A program made the position numbers and the translations under genes. A model generated the notes under the pieces. The model was not told the DNA's origin and did no database searches. It worked only from the letters and a program-made list of their open reading frames with translations. A stretch of DNA of 38,607 nucleotides from Gammaproteobacteria bacterium GWE2_37_16 (GTDB lineage Bacteria > Pseudomonadota > Gammaproteobacteria > UBA9339): positions 1-38,607 of the forward strand of contig MGXG01000005.1 in assembly GCA_001801285.1 (NCBI GenBank), written 5' to 3'. Shown here in pieces: positions 1 to 7,679 of the stretch. Positions within the stretch are counted from its first letter, which is position 1, and each line of letters begins with the position of its first letter.

Positions 1-1402
1 ATGCTTGTGGTCCTTCATTGGATAACAACAACAATCGTGTTTGGCAAGAATAGTTCCATAAAGGCAATAATTTTTCAGCAAAGGTGTTTTTTTCATTATC
101 GAATTCTCTAAGACGTAATGCAGTTAAATCCAGCATGATAGCTATATTAGTAGCTATTTTTTCAAATTTCTTGGGCTCACTATTAACTAAGGAGCTATCT
201 GGCACTGCAGTCGCGAGTACCGAAGAAGAACTTGATTGCGATGACGTTGGCTGCTCTATTTTGCTTTGCAATTCTTTATAAGATTTTCCAAAATCAAGCA
301 TATTAGCATGGGCTCGGAACATCTGAGCCATAATTTCCAGTTGTTCATTTTTTTGACACCATTCTCCATCCTCAGCAGTAATTTGGAGGATCGTTGTTAC
401 AGTGTTCATGGGCTGAGACGCAACAGCAGCCTGCGGCAGAGGCAACTGAGCGCCTGTGATCGCTGTGCTATTGGAAATACCAGAACTGGTAGTAGAAACT
501 GGATTAGTTACTGGTTGCGAAACGCTATTACTTGCACTTAGATCTGGGCTAGGAGATGGTGTAGCACTTACGGATACAGATTTAATCAACATCAACTCCT
601 TTCTAAATACAAATCGTTCGGCATGTTCCGTGAAAACACGAGCCAAAATTCCCAGGGTTTGTTGAAATATTTCTGATAAATCTTTAATGTCGTTTAAAGG
701 TTTTAGATCCGAACTTGCTTTTTCAATGATTGTTTTTAAAAATCGCAATATTGGTTGTGGAAAAATTTGTGCAGCCAAAGTACCAATAAACAAAGTTAGA
801 GCATTTATGTCACGCTCACAAAAAGTTAAAGTAGGCGCATCAACAGAATGGGGATCGGGATTACGACGTTGTTTCCAGTTCCAAGCTAAATCAGCGAGAT
901 TTTTTAACCTCTCGCTCGCTAACGCAGAACTTTGCTGAATTAAAGTTAATCGTTTAGAAACTTCATCTGTTTCGAATGCAGGCACTGTTGTATTTGGTGA
1001 AGTTTGTAGTTTATTTACATTACTACTTGCTGATGCTGTTTTCGCAAATTGTTTTTTTACTCTCGCTGCGTTTTCTTCTACACTTTTTTGTGCTGTAAAA
1101 AAATTAGAATATTGACCTAATAATTGGTCTAATATTTTCATTAAATCTAAAGGAACATCATTGGAAGAAGCAGGTGGGGGCAATGTTTTTAATACTTGAA
1201 GAACAGTTAAAAAATCTTCAACTTCAATCTTTGGCAATTCTGGGACTGATAAGCTTGCGGAACCAGATATTGAACTAGACGGTAAAGGTCGTAAAACTGA
1301 CGACCGCCCTGAAAAAAACAGTTCCAGCAATTTTGCATTTGCAAGTGTTCTTAATAACATATAGGTACTTATTGACGGTTTTTTTGCACTTGACGAGATC
1401 AT
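1..1402 (-). CDS. hypothetical protein, N-terminal >=467 aa (gene continues past the left window edge); contains Ser/Thr/Pro-rich low-complexity linkers
   Basis: Absent from the supplied ORF track because no stop lies in the window. I checked every minus-frame codon from ATG 1402..1400 down to position 2 and found no stop. A TAA lies just upstream (1406..1408), so 1402 is the first possible start. GGTGGG Shine-Dalgarno at 1411..1416. Translation begins MISSSAKKPSISTYMLLRTLANAKLLELFF and includes ...SVSATPSPSPDLSASNSVSQPVTNPVSTTSSG... No family recognised. Confidence 0.6.
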   Translation of the reverse strand, partial: MISSSAKKPSISTYMLLRTLANAKLLELFFSGRSSVLRPLPSSSISGSASLSVPELPKIEVEDFLTVLQVLKTLPPPASSNDVPLDLMKILDQLLGQYSNFFTAQKSVEENAARVKKQFAKTASASSNVNKLQTSPNTTVPAFETDEVSKRLTLIQQSSALASERLKNLADLAWNWKQRRNPDPHSVDAPTLTFCERDINALTLFIGTLAAQIFPQPILRFLKTIIEKASSDLKPLNDIKDLSEIFQQTLGILARVFTEHAERFVFRKELMLIKSVSVSATPSPSPDLSASNSVSQPVTNPVSTTSSGISNSTAITGAQLPLPQAAVASQPMNTVTTILQITAEDGEWCQKNEQLEIMAQMFRAHANMLDFGKSYKELQSKIEQPTSSQSSSSSVLATAVPDSSLVNSEPKKFEKIATNIAIMLDLTALRLREFDNEKNTFAEKLLPLWNYSCQTRLLLLSNEGPQA

Positions 1403-1634
1403 AATTTACCCACCTTTATTAATTAATTATTAATACATTTTCCAAAGACTTCAAACCATAACATAAAGCTATATTTTTTATAAAGTTATATAGCTAAAAA
1501 TGACACTTTGCAACAAAAAAAAAATTGTCTTAATGGTTTGTTAATAATATTCGTAGCTGTGGGTTTTAATCTGCGGCTATGTCTATTAGGTATGGATTTT
1601 GGGTTTTACTATACATATATACTCTTCGCATTTT

Positions 1635-1764
1635 GGTTTTCCGCGTTGTTGGCTACGTCGCTCGCTTGGGTCATGTATGTCTAATACACTCCCCAAGCTC
1701 GACTCCTTGCCGCCTAGCGGAATTCCCAAACTGCTCGAGTCTATTTTTGCCAACCCTGAAAACC
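1635..1764. other. GC-enriched nested-helix element (candidate small RNA or decayed inverted-repeat element) downstream of ftsW
   Basis: Four colinear nested complementary segments: 1635-1641/1758-1764 (7 bp), 1648-1653/1749-1754 (6 bp), 1657-1660/1700-1703 (4 bp), 1664-1670/1692-1698 (7 bp). There is also a CCGC-CTA-GCGG hairpin at 1710-1720. Only short overlapping ORFs with no recognisable product. Confidence 0.25.
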
Positions 1765-1805
1765 TATTTTCGTTTAGTATATAATATCGACACAACGTTG
1801 TGTGG

Positions 1806-2990
1806 TTAAAGTTGACAGTTATTAGCTGTTGGGGCAAAACACACCGCATTAACACTACCCACATGCGCATCGTGGTAAATTCTTAGCAAAATGGCAATCA
1901 TCATACAGTTAATTAACATACTGCTGCCACCGTAACTAATAAAAGGCAAAGTCAGTCCTTTTGTTGGTAACATTCCTACATTAACACCAATATTAATCAT
2001 TGCTTGCAAACAAAAACAAAGTGCAAAACCATAAGCCAAATAAGCCGCAAATGAATTTTTGGCACGCTGCATTAAGCGCCCAATATATAATGCACGCCCT
2101 ACCAAAGCAGTAAACAAACCTAAAATCACACATTCGCCAACAATACCAAATTCTTCAGCTAAAACGGCAAAGAGAAAATCGGTATGAGCTTCTGGTAAGT
2201 AAAATAATTTCTGCATACTGTTACCTAAACCAACACCCCAAAAACCGCCGCGTCCAAAAGCAATCAATGACTGAGTTAATTGATAACCAATATCAAAAGG
2301 TCGCGCCCAAGGATTTAAAAATGACGTCATGCGTGCCAAACGATACGGTGATGCTCCCGCTATAAATGCAAGGCAAGCCACAACAATGACCGCTAATAAT
2401 AAAAACTGCCACAATCGCGCACCTGCCAAAAACATCATCGCCAACGCTGTAACAACAATTACCGCCATAGCACCAAAATCTGGTTCCATTAATAATAAAC
2501 CAGCAATAATAGCAAGCAATACCATGGGTTTAATAAAACCGCTTAAACTCTGACGTATTTCCGCTTCGCGCCTAAATAAATAACCTGCTAAATAAATAAT
2601 AACGCCAAATTTAGCCAGCTCAGATACTTCAAAACCAAATCCGCCAAAGCCAATCCAACGCATACTGCCATTAATTGAACGACCAATGCCGTGCACCAAT
2701 ACTGCTATCAACAAAAACAAACATCCAAACAAAAGATAAACACCGTTTTGCTGCCAAAAAGCTATCGGTATGCGGATCATAAAAGCAATCAAAACCATGC
2801 CTAGAGCTACATATATGACTTGATGAATCAAAAAATGAAAAGCGGTACCATATTGCTGGTCAGAAATCACCATCGAAGCCGAAGCAACCATTAAAATCCC
2901 AACAGCTAAAAGCGCGAAAGTTATCAATACCAACCAAAAATCGTAGATAAAAACATTTGTTGAATTATTATTTGTTTTTAACGAAGGCAT
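1806..2990 (-). CDS. ftsW: SEDS-family peptidoglycan glycosyltransferase FtsW
   Basis: 394-aa polytopic membrane ORF with SEDS motifs (LPEAHTDFLFAVLAEEFG, KGLTLPFISYGGSS). Overlaps murD by 13 nt in the canonical mraY-murD-ftsW order. Confidence 0.9.
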   Translation of the reverse strand: MPSLKTNNNSTNVFIYDFWLVLITFALLAVGILMVASASMVISDQQYGTAFHFLIHQVIYVALGMVLIAFMIRIPIAFWQQNGVYLLFGCLFLLIAVLVHGIGRSINGSMRWIGFGGFGFEVSELAKFGVIIYLAGYLFRREAEIRQSLSGFIKPMVLLAIIAGLLLMEPDFGAMAVIVVTALAMMFLAGARLWQFLLLAVIVVACLAFIAGASPYRLARMTSFLNPWARPFDIGYQLTQSLIAFGRGGFWGVGLGNSMQKLFYLPEAHTDFLFAVLAEEFGIVGECVILGLFTALVGRALYIGRLMQRAKNSFAAYLAYGFALCFCLQAMINIGVNVGMLPTKGLTLPFISYGGSSMLINCMMIAILLRIYHDAHVGSVNAVCFAPTANNCQL

Positions 2991-4312
2991 GCAACTTCCT
3001 CCATAAAAATCCGTCCTCTTTGCTCAAAATTTTCAAACATATCCATACTGGCGCAAGCAGGAGAAAGCAAAACAACGTCTTTGGCTTGCGCAGCTTGATG
3101 GGCTTTTTGCACTGCATCATGCATTGATTCCGCCATAATAATCTCACAATAACCCTGCAAAGCGGCAGCAATTTTCGCGGCATCACGTCCAATTAAAATT
3201 ATTGTCCGCACATATTTTTTTACTACCTCCTGTAAAACTCCAAAATCGGCACCCTTGCCTATGCCGCCTGCAATAAGAACAATTTTTCCGGAAATTTCCG
3301 CACCCAAACCAGAAATTGCCGCTTGCGTAGCACCAACATTCGTTCCTTTGGAATCATTATAATAATCAATATCATCTAATCTGCGTACCCACTGGCAGCG
3401 ATGCGGCAAACCGCCAAAATTACGCAAAGTTTCCAACATCGCTTCCAAGGGAAATTGCAAAGCTGTTCCCAAAGCCAAAGCCGCCAAAGCATTGGCAATT
3501 TGATGCCGACCTTTGATTTTCAATTCAATACCGGCAATAAGCTTGCTTTCGCCATAGACTAAATAACCATCGCGATAACCAAAATTACAAACCTCAGGAA
3601 TATCTAGCCCAAAACTAATTACATGAGCGCCTAAATTAAGACCGGTATAACTCTGTGGATCATCACGGTTAATAATAGCGTGTTTTACACCACGATAAAT
3701 CAATTGCTTTGCCTTGATATACGCCGCCAAATTCGCATAACGATCCATGTGATCGGGTGTAACATTTAAAACCACAGCTACAAACGGTTTTAAAGAATAT
3801 GTCGTTTCTAATTGAAAACTCGATAATTCCAAAACATATAAATCCTGCTCCTGATCTTTTAATAAATCTAACGCCGGCATGCCTAGATTACCGCCAACTT
3901 GCACCCTAAGTCCGGCGGCTTTTGCCATTTCGCCAACCAAAGTTGTCACCGTACTTTTACCATTCGATCCAGTAATAGCAACAATTGGCGCTTTAGCTTT
4001 TCTCGCAAATAATTCGATATCGCCAATCACAGAAATACCGCGTTTTATTTGCGCAACAATGGCAGGTTCTTGTAGCGAAATACCTGGGCTAAGAATTATC
4101 TCACTAGCTTTATTTAACAAATCCTCATCAAAACGACCTAAAACAAGAGGTATTTGTGGAAAGTTTTGACGTAATTCATCTAAACCTGGCGGATTTTCGC
4201 GACTATCAACAACTGCAATATTGCAATCCTGTTTTGCCAAATAGCGCACGCAAGACAAACCCGACTTACCAAGACCCACAATAACAACCAAACCATTTAA
4301 GGGACAACGCAT
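2978..4312 (-). CDS. murD: UDP-N-acetylmuramoylalanine--D-glutamate ligase
   Basis: 444 aa. N-terminal Rossmann VIVGLGKSGLS, Mur-ligase P-loop ITGSNGKSTV, dcw synteny. Confidence 0.95.
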   Translation of the reverse strand: MRCPLNGLVVIVGLGKSGLSCVRYLAKQDCNIAVVDSRENPPGLDELRQNFPQIPLVLGRFDEDLLNKASEIILSPGISLQEPAIVAQIKRGISVIGDIELFARKAKAPIVAITGSNGKSTVTTLVGEMAKAAGLRVQVGGNLGMPALDLLKDQEQDLYVLELSSFQLETTYSLKPFVAVVLNVTPDHMDRYANLAAYIKAKQLIYRGVKHAIINRDDPQSYTGLNLGAHVISFGLDIPEVCNFGYRDGYLVYGESKLIAGIELKIKGRHQIANALAALALGTALQFPLEAMLETLRNFGGLPHRCQWVRRLDDIDYYNDSKGTNVGATQAAISGLGAEISGKIVLIAGGIGKGADFGVLQEVVKKYVRTIILIGRDAAKIAAALQGYCEIIMAESMHDAVQKAHQAAQAKDVVLLSPACASMDMFENFEQRGRIFMEEVACLR

Positions 4313-4425
4313 TGGAAAAACCCTGTATTGCTTAATTTCACAGGAAGTGAAATTAAATAAACCGCAAGAATCGGTAATTTAAGAAAATTTGAGTTTAAAA
4401 TAGTTAATTAACTATGTGAATTTTT

Positions 4426-5511
4426 TTACCTCAGTTTCAAGGTCGCCAAACCAGCTAAAACTAAAATAAAAGTTATAATCCAAAAACGCACTATAATACG
4501 TGGTTCTGGCCAACCTTTCATTTCAAAATGATGATGCAATGGCGCCATTCTAAAAATCCGTTTACCGCCTGTCATTTTAAAATAAAAGACCTGCAAAATT
4601 ACCGACATCGCCTCGGCAACAAAAATACCGCCCATAATGAATAAAAGAAATTCCTGACGAACAACAATAGCGCTAATACCAAGCGCCGCACCTAATCCAA
4701 GCGATCCAGTGTCTCCCATAAAAATTTGTGCCGGATAAGTGTTAAACCACAAAAAACCCAAACCTGCGCCAACAATAGCACTACAAAAAACTGCCACTTC
4801 CCCTACCCCAGGTATGTATGGAATAAACAAATAACGCGCCAAATAAATGTTACCCGTAACATAAGCAATAATACCAAAGGCTGCGGCAATCATTACCGTT
4901 GGCAAAATCGCCAACCCGTCCAAACCATCTGTAAGATTAACGGCATTGCTTGTGCCAATAAGTACCACATAAGAAAAAATCAAATAGAAAAACCCAAGCT
5001 GTATTACCACATCTTTAAAAAAAGGAGCGACTAATTGCGTTTCAGCTGAATAATGAGCCGTAAAAAATAAAAAAGTAACAGACATCATGGCAATACATGA
5101 TTGCCAAAAAATTTTTTCTCGCGCTTTCAAGCCAACACTATTTTTTTTCAATAATTTGCGATAATCATCAATCCAGCCAATAAAACCAAACCCTAAAGTA
5201 GTAAATAGCACTACCCAAACATAACGATTACCTAAATCACTCCAAAGTAACATAGCCAAAGTTACTGCAATTAAAATCAAAGCCCCGCCCATTGTCGGTG
5301 TACCAGCTTTACTAAAATGGCTTTGCGGACCAACGGTTCTGATTGTCTGTCCAATTTTATATTGACTAAACCAACGAATCATCCAAGGTCCAACCATTAA
5401 TGAAACACAAAGCGCCGTCAAAGCCGCCACAATGCAACGAAAAGTCAAATACTGAAAAACGTGAAAACCATGAAAATAATGTTCTAAATATTTAGCAAAA
5501 AGAAATAACAT
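4426..5511 (-). CDS. mraY: phospho-N-acetylmuramoyl-pentapeptide transferase
   Basis: 361-aa membrane ORF with [25 protein letters not shown] and APLHHHFE motifs. ATG at 5511..5509, no obvious Shine-Dalgarno. Confidence 0.95.
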   Translation of the reverse strand: MLFLFAKYLEHYFHGFHVFQYLTFRCIVAALTALCVSLMVGPWMIRWFSQYKIGQTIRTVGPQSHFSKAGTPTMGGALILIAVTLAMLLWSDLGNRYVWVVLFTTLGFGFIGWIDDYRKLLKKNSVGLKAREKIFWQSCIAMMSVTFLFFTAHYSAETQLVAPFFKDVVIQLGFFYLIFSYVVLIGTSNAVNLTDGLDGLAILPTVMIAAAFGIIAYVTGNIYLARYLFIPYIPGVGEVAVFCSAIVGAGLGFLWFNTYPAQIFMGDTGSLGLGAALGISAIVVRQEFLLFIMGGIFVAEAMSVILQVFYFKMTGGKRIFRMAPLHHHFEMKGWPEPRIIVRFWIITFILVLAGLATLKLR

Positions 5512-5530
5512 ATTGATTTATATAGCAATT
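5503..5530 (-). promoter_or_regulatory. 28-nt box AATTGCTATATAAATCAATATGTTATTT spanning the mraY start codon (extended -10-like TGcTATATA ending 7 nt before the ATG)
   Basis: Exact 28-nt copy at 28258..28285 (+). The 23-nt core recurs at 37530..37552 (+). Promoter reading is inference. Confidence 0.3.
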
Positions 5531-5650
5531 AAACTCACATAAAAAATAAATATTAATTAACGCTTCACTTTATAATAATTGAAATCTTCTAAAAATTACC
5601 GCGCAAAGATTCGTAAATTCGTAAATTCGTAAATGAGCAATTAAAATTCA

Positions 5651-6184
5651 TTAATAATCTCTACGAAAAACCTCAATTATTAAAAACATAGCGCCAACAC
5701 AAACAGCACTGTCTGCAAAGTTAAAAGCAGGAAAATGACTGTAAAGCAATAATGAAAAATTATTCCAGTAAAAATCGAGAAAATCACGCACATAACCATA
5801 AATAGCGCGATCAATCAAATTACCAATAGCTCCACCTAAAATCAACATCAGGGAAAATTTCGCCAATTTACGTCCCGGCGGCGCAGAGTAAAGCCAATAA
5901 ATAATCGCTAAACTGATAAAAGCAGCAATACCGCCAAAAAGCCATTCCTGCCAACCGTTAGCTTTAGCTAAAAAACTAAAAGCCGCGCCAGTATTGTAAG
6001 TAAAAAAAATGTTGAAAAATGATGTAACAGGAAATGCCTGATCGAGCAGGAAATTAACACTAATCCAATACTTGCTTAACTGATCTATAGCAAGAATCAC
6101 CATAGCGATGATTAACCACTGCATGTTATGACGAACAATGAAGTTGTTTTGACAAGATATATCTGTGTTAATATTATTGGTCAT
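5651..6184 (-). CDS. lspA: lipoprotein signal peptidase II
   Basis: Motifs YNTGAAFSF, GGAIGNLIDR..GYVRDFLDF, FNFADS. An alternative, more typical start is ATG at 6124 (MQWLIIAMV...). Confidence 0.9.
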   Translation of the reverse strand: MTNNINTDISCQNNFIVRHNMQWLIIAMVILAIDQLSKYWISVNFLLDQAFPVTSFFNIFFTYNTGAAFSFLAKANGWQEWLFGGIAAFISLAIIYWLYSAPPGRKLAKFSLMLILGGAIGNLIDRAIYGYVRDFLDFYWNNFSLLLYSHFPAFNFADSAVCVGAMFLIIEVFRRDY

Positions 6185-6294
6185 GTTTTATTTCCTTTCT
6201 TAAAAAGAATTTGCTCGTTAACTATACCCAATTGACCAATAAAAACAACTGCTTATTGGGAAATATTTTTATCTATTATTTATAACCAAAAACT

Positions 6295-6425
6295 CGTAAC
6301 CGCAGGCTTTAGCTTGTGTATGAAACCCGTAGCCGCAAGCTTTAGCTTGTGTATAAAACCCGTAGCCGCAAGCTTTAGCTTGTGTATGAAACCCGTAGCC
6401 GCAAGCTTTAGCTTGCGCATTAAAC
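6295..6425 (+). repeat. tandem array of four 33-bp REP units (starts 6295, 6328, 6361, 6394)
   Basis: Unit is CGTAGCCGCAAGCTTTAGCTTGTGTATRAAACC. Units are contiguous with no spacers. Each has a GTAG head plus the CGCAAGC-TTTA-GCTTG(T/C)G palindrome. Confidence 0.9.
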
Positions 6426-6512
6426 ACAAACTCATAAACTATGATTTACATGGCATGTTTCAGTACTTCTAATAATATCTTTTCTGCCAAGGTTGGTTTT
6501 TCTGATTAAAAA

Positions 6513-6834
6513 TTACGCCGATATTGCTATTGCTGTATTTTCAGCATTCATAATAAATGCTTTTAAGTTTATTTTAGTAAGTTTACTGCGTGTTTTCTGT
6601 GCTTTCCACAAATCATAACCTGCCTGTAAATTTATCCATAGTTCTTCGGGCGTATTAAACACAATAGCTAATCTCATCGCCATTACAGGACTAATGTTAA
6701 GATGCCCATTAACCAATTGAGAGTGTTGGGCGCTATATTTTCAATAATTTAGCCGCATGAGAAACAGACAAATTCAATGGATCTAAGCATAGGCTTTTAA
6801 CCATTAAGCCAGGATGTTTGGGTTTGTATATCAT
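6513..6834 (-). pseudogene. higA: decayed HigA-family (HTH_XRE) antitoxin gene, orphan
   Basis: The 67-aa ORF (VNGHLNISPVMAMRLAIVFNTPEELWINLQAGYDLW) is the C-terminal half of a HigA-like HTH. The upstream reading from ATG 6834 gives MIYKPKHPGLMVKSLCLDPLNLSVSHAAKLLKI*RPTLSIG. That is an in-frame TAG followed by a frame change before the 67-aa part. Confidence 0.6.
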
Positions 6835-6859
6835 GCGAGTTTAACTCTTACTTTCATCA

Positions 6860-7144
6860 TTATTCAACAGAAATCCTAAGAGTTGCATTTGAAGCTATTG
6901 CTAATTTTGCTATTAACTCCAATGATGGAACACGTCTATCATTACCGCATTCTAATCGTGCAATAACTGGCTGAGTAGTCCCCGCCTTTTTTGCTAGCTC
7001 TTTCTGAGTTAAACGCGATTTTTTTCTTAACTGTACTATTAATGTTGCAATATCGTTAATTAAACATTTTCTCTGGAAAAGTTTAGCAAATTCCTTATCT
7101 TTACACTCTTCATTAATAACTTCAGTTAATGTAACAAATTTCAT
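6860..7144 (-). CDS. HTH XRE-family antitoxin
   Basis: 94 aa. HTH region SRLTQKELAKKAGTTQPVIARLECG. Overlaps the upstream toxin ORF by 23 nt. Confidence 0.8.
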   Translation of the reverse strand: MKFVTLTEVINEECKDKEFAKLFQRKCLINDIATLIVQLRKKSRLTQKELAKKAGTTQPVIARLECGNDRRVPSLELIAKLAIASNATLRISVE

Positions 7145-7475
7145 CTTTTAGTACCTCTAATAATCTTTTTTCTGCAACAGCAATTTCTTTAATTGGAGCT
7201 TTTTGAGATTTCTTTTTATAAGCATGCAATAAAACTATGGTATCACCATGCACAGCAACATAAAAAATACGATATCCATTACTATCAACACTAATTTTGA
7301 TTTCCCACAGTTTTTTTCTAATATGTCTAAATTGCACTACCGAACTATCGAAACCGAATTTTTCAATATTTTCAAGACATGACAAAATCTCAGTACGTTC
7401 ATCAGTATTTAATTTTCTAATAAAATCACGTACATAAAATTTATTTGTTTTATAAAATAAAATCCTCATATTCAT
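7122..7475 (-). CDS. type II toxin, RelE/ParE superfamily (phage Gp49/HigB-like)
   Basis: ~117 aa. The pattern ...WEIKISVDSNGYRIFYVAVHGDTIVLLHAYKKKSQKAP..EIAVAEKR is typical of the Gp49-like family. The track start at 7484 is TTG; ATG candidates are at 7475 and 7469. Confidence 0.7.
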   Translation of the reverse strand: MNMRILFYKTNKFYVRDFIRKLNTDERTEILSCLENIEKFGFDSSVVQFRHIRKKLWEIKISVDSNGYRIFYVAVHGDTIVLLHAYKKKSQKAPIKEIAVAEKRLLEVLKDEICYIN

Positions 7476-7679
7476 TATACCCAATTGGACATTAAAAACA
7501 ACATAGTTATTTATAATGCTTAAGTATAAAAATAGAATTTTATGTCAGCAATACCGTAGGTCATTTGACGGAAAGTTGAATTAGAACGCCGCAGAAATCA
7601 ACTATTTGAACTTTCAAATCCCTATGCACGATAAACACCCTAAATTTTCGCTCGTAACGAAATAGCCAATAATTTAAAT

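Noticed and set aside
1579-1870. Short ORFs (76, 61 and 94 aa) in the ftsW downstream gap
   Set aside because: They overlap one another and the end of ftsW, resemble neither MurG nor any family I recognise, and are better explained by the GC-rich structured stretch.
3879-4169. Antisense track ORFs inside long genes (for example 3879-4169, 7774-8094, 9007-9366, 17324-17644, 24602-24910, 27704-28015, 30234-30566)
   Set aside because: They are shadow ORFs opposite well-supported genes, with odd composition and no motifs.
4334-4354. Perfect 8-bp hairpin AATTTCAC-AGGAA-GTGAAATT between mraY and murD as a terminator
   Set aside because: No U-tract follows on the coding (minus) strand and the genes are an obligate operon. 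At most it is an mRNA-stability element.
5611-5634. 3 x 8-bp tandem TCGTAAAT between lspA and mraY
   Set aside because: It is too short and AT-rich to interpret, with no flanking features.
6295-6425. Regular 33-bp palindrome-containing repeats that could look like a CRISPR array
   Set aside because: The units are contiguous with no unique spacers, they share the GTAG-headed REP consensus found all over the window, and no cas genes are present.
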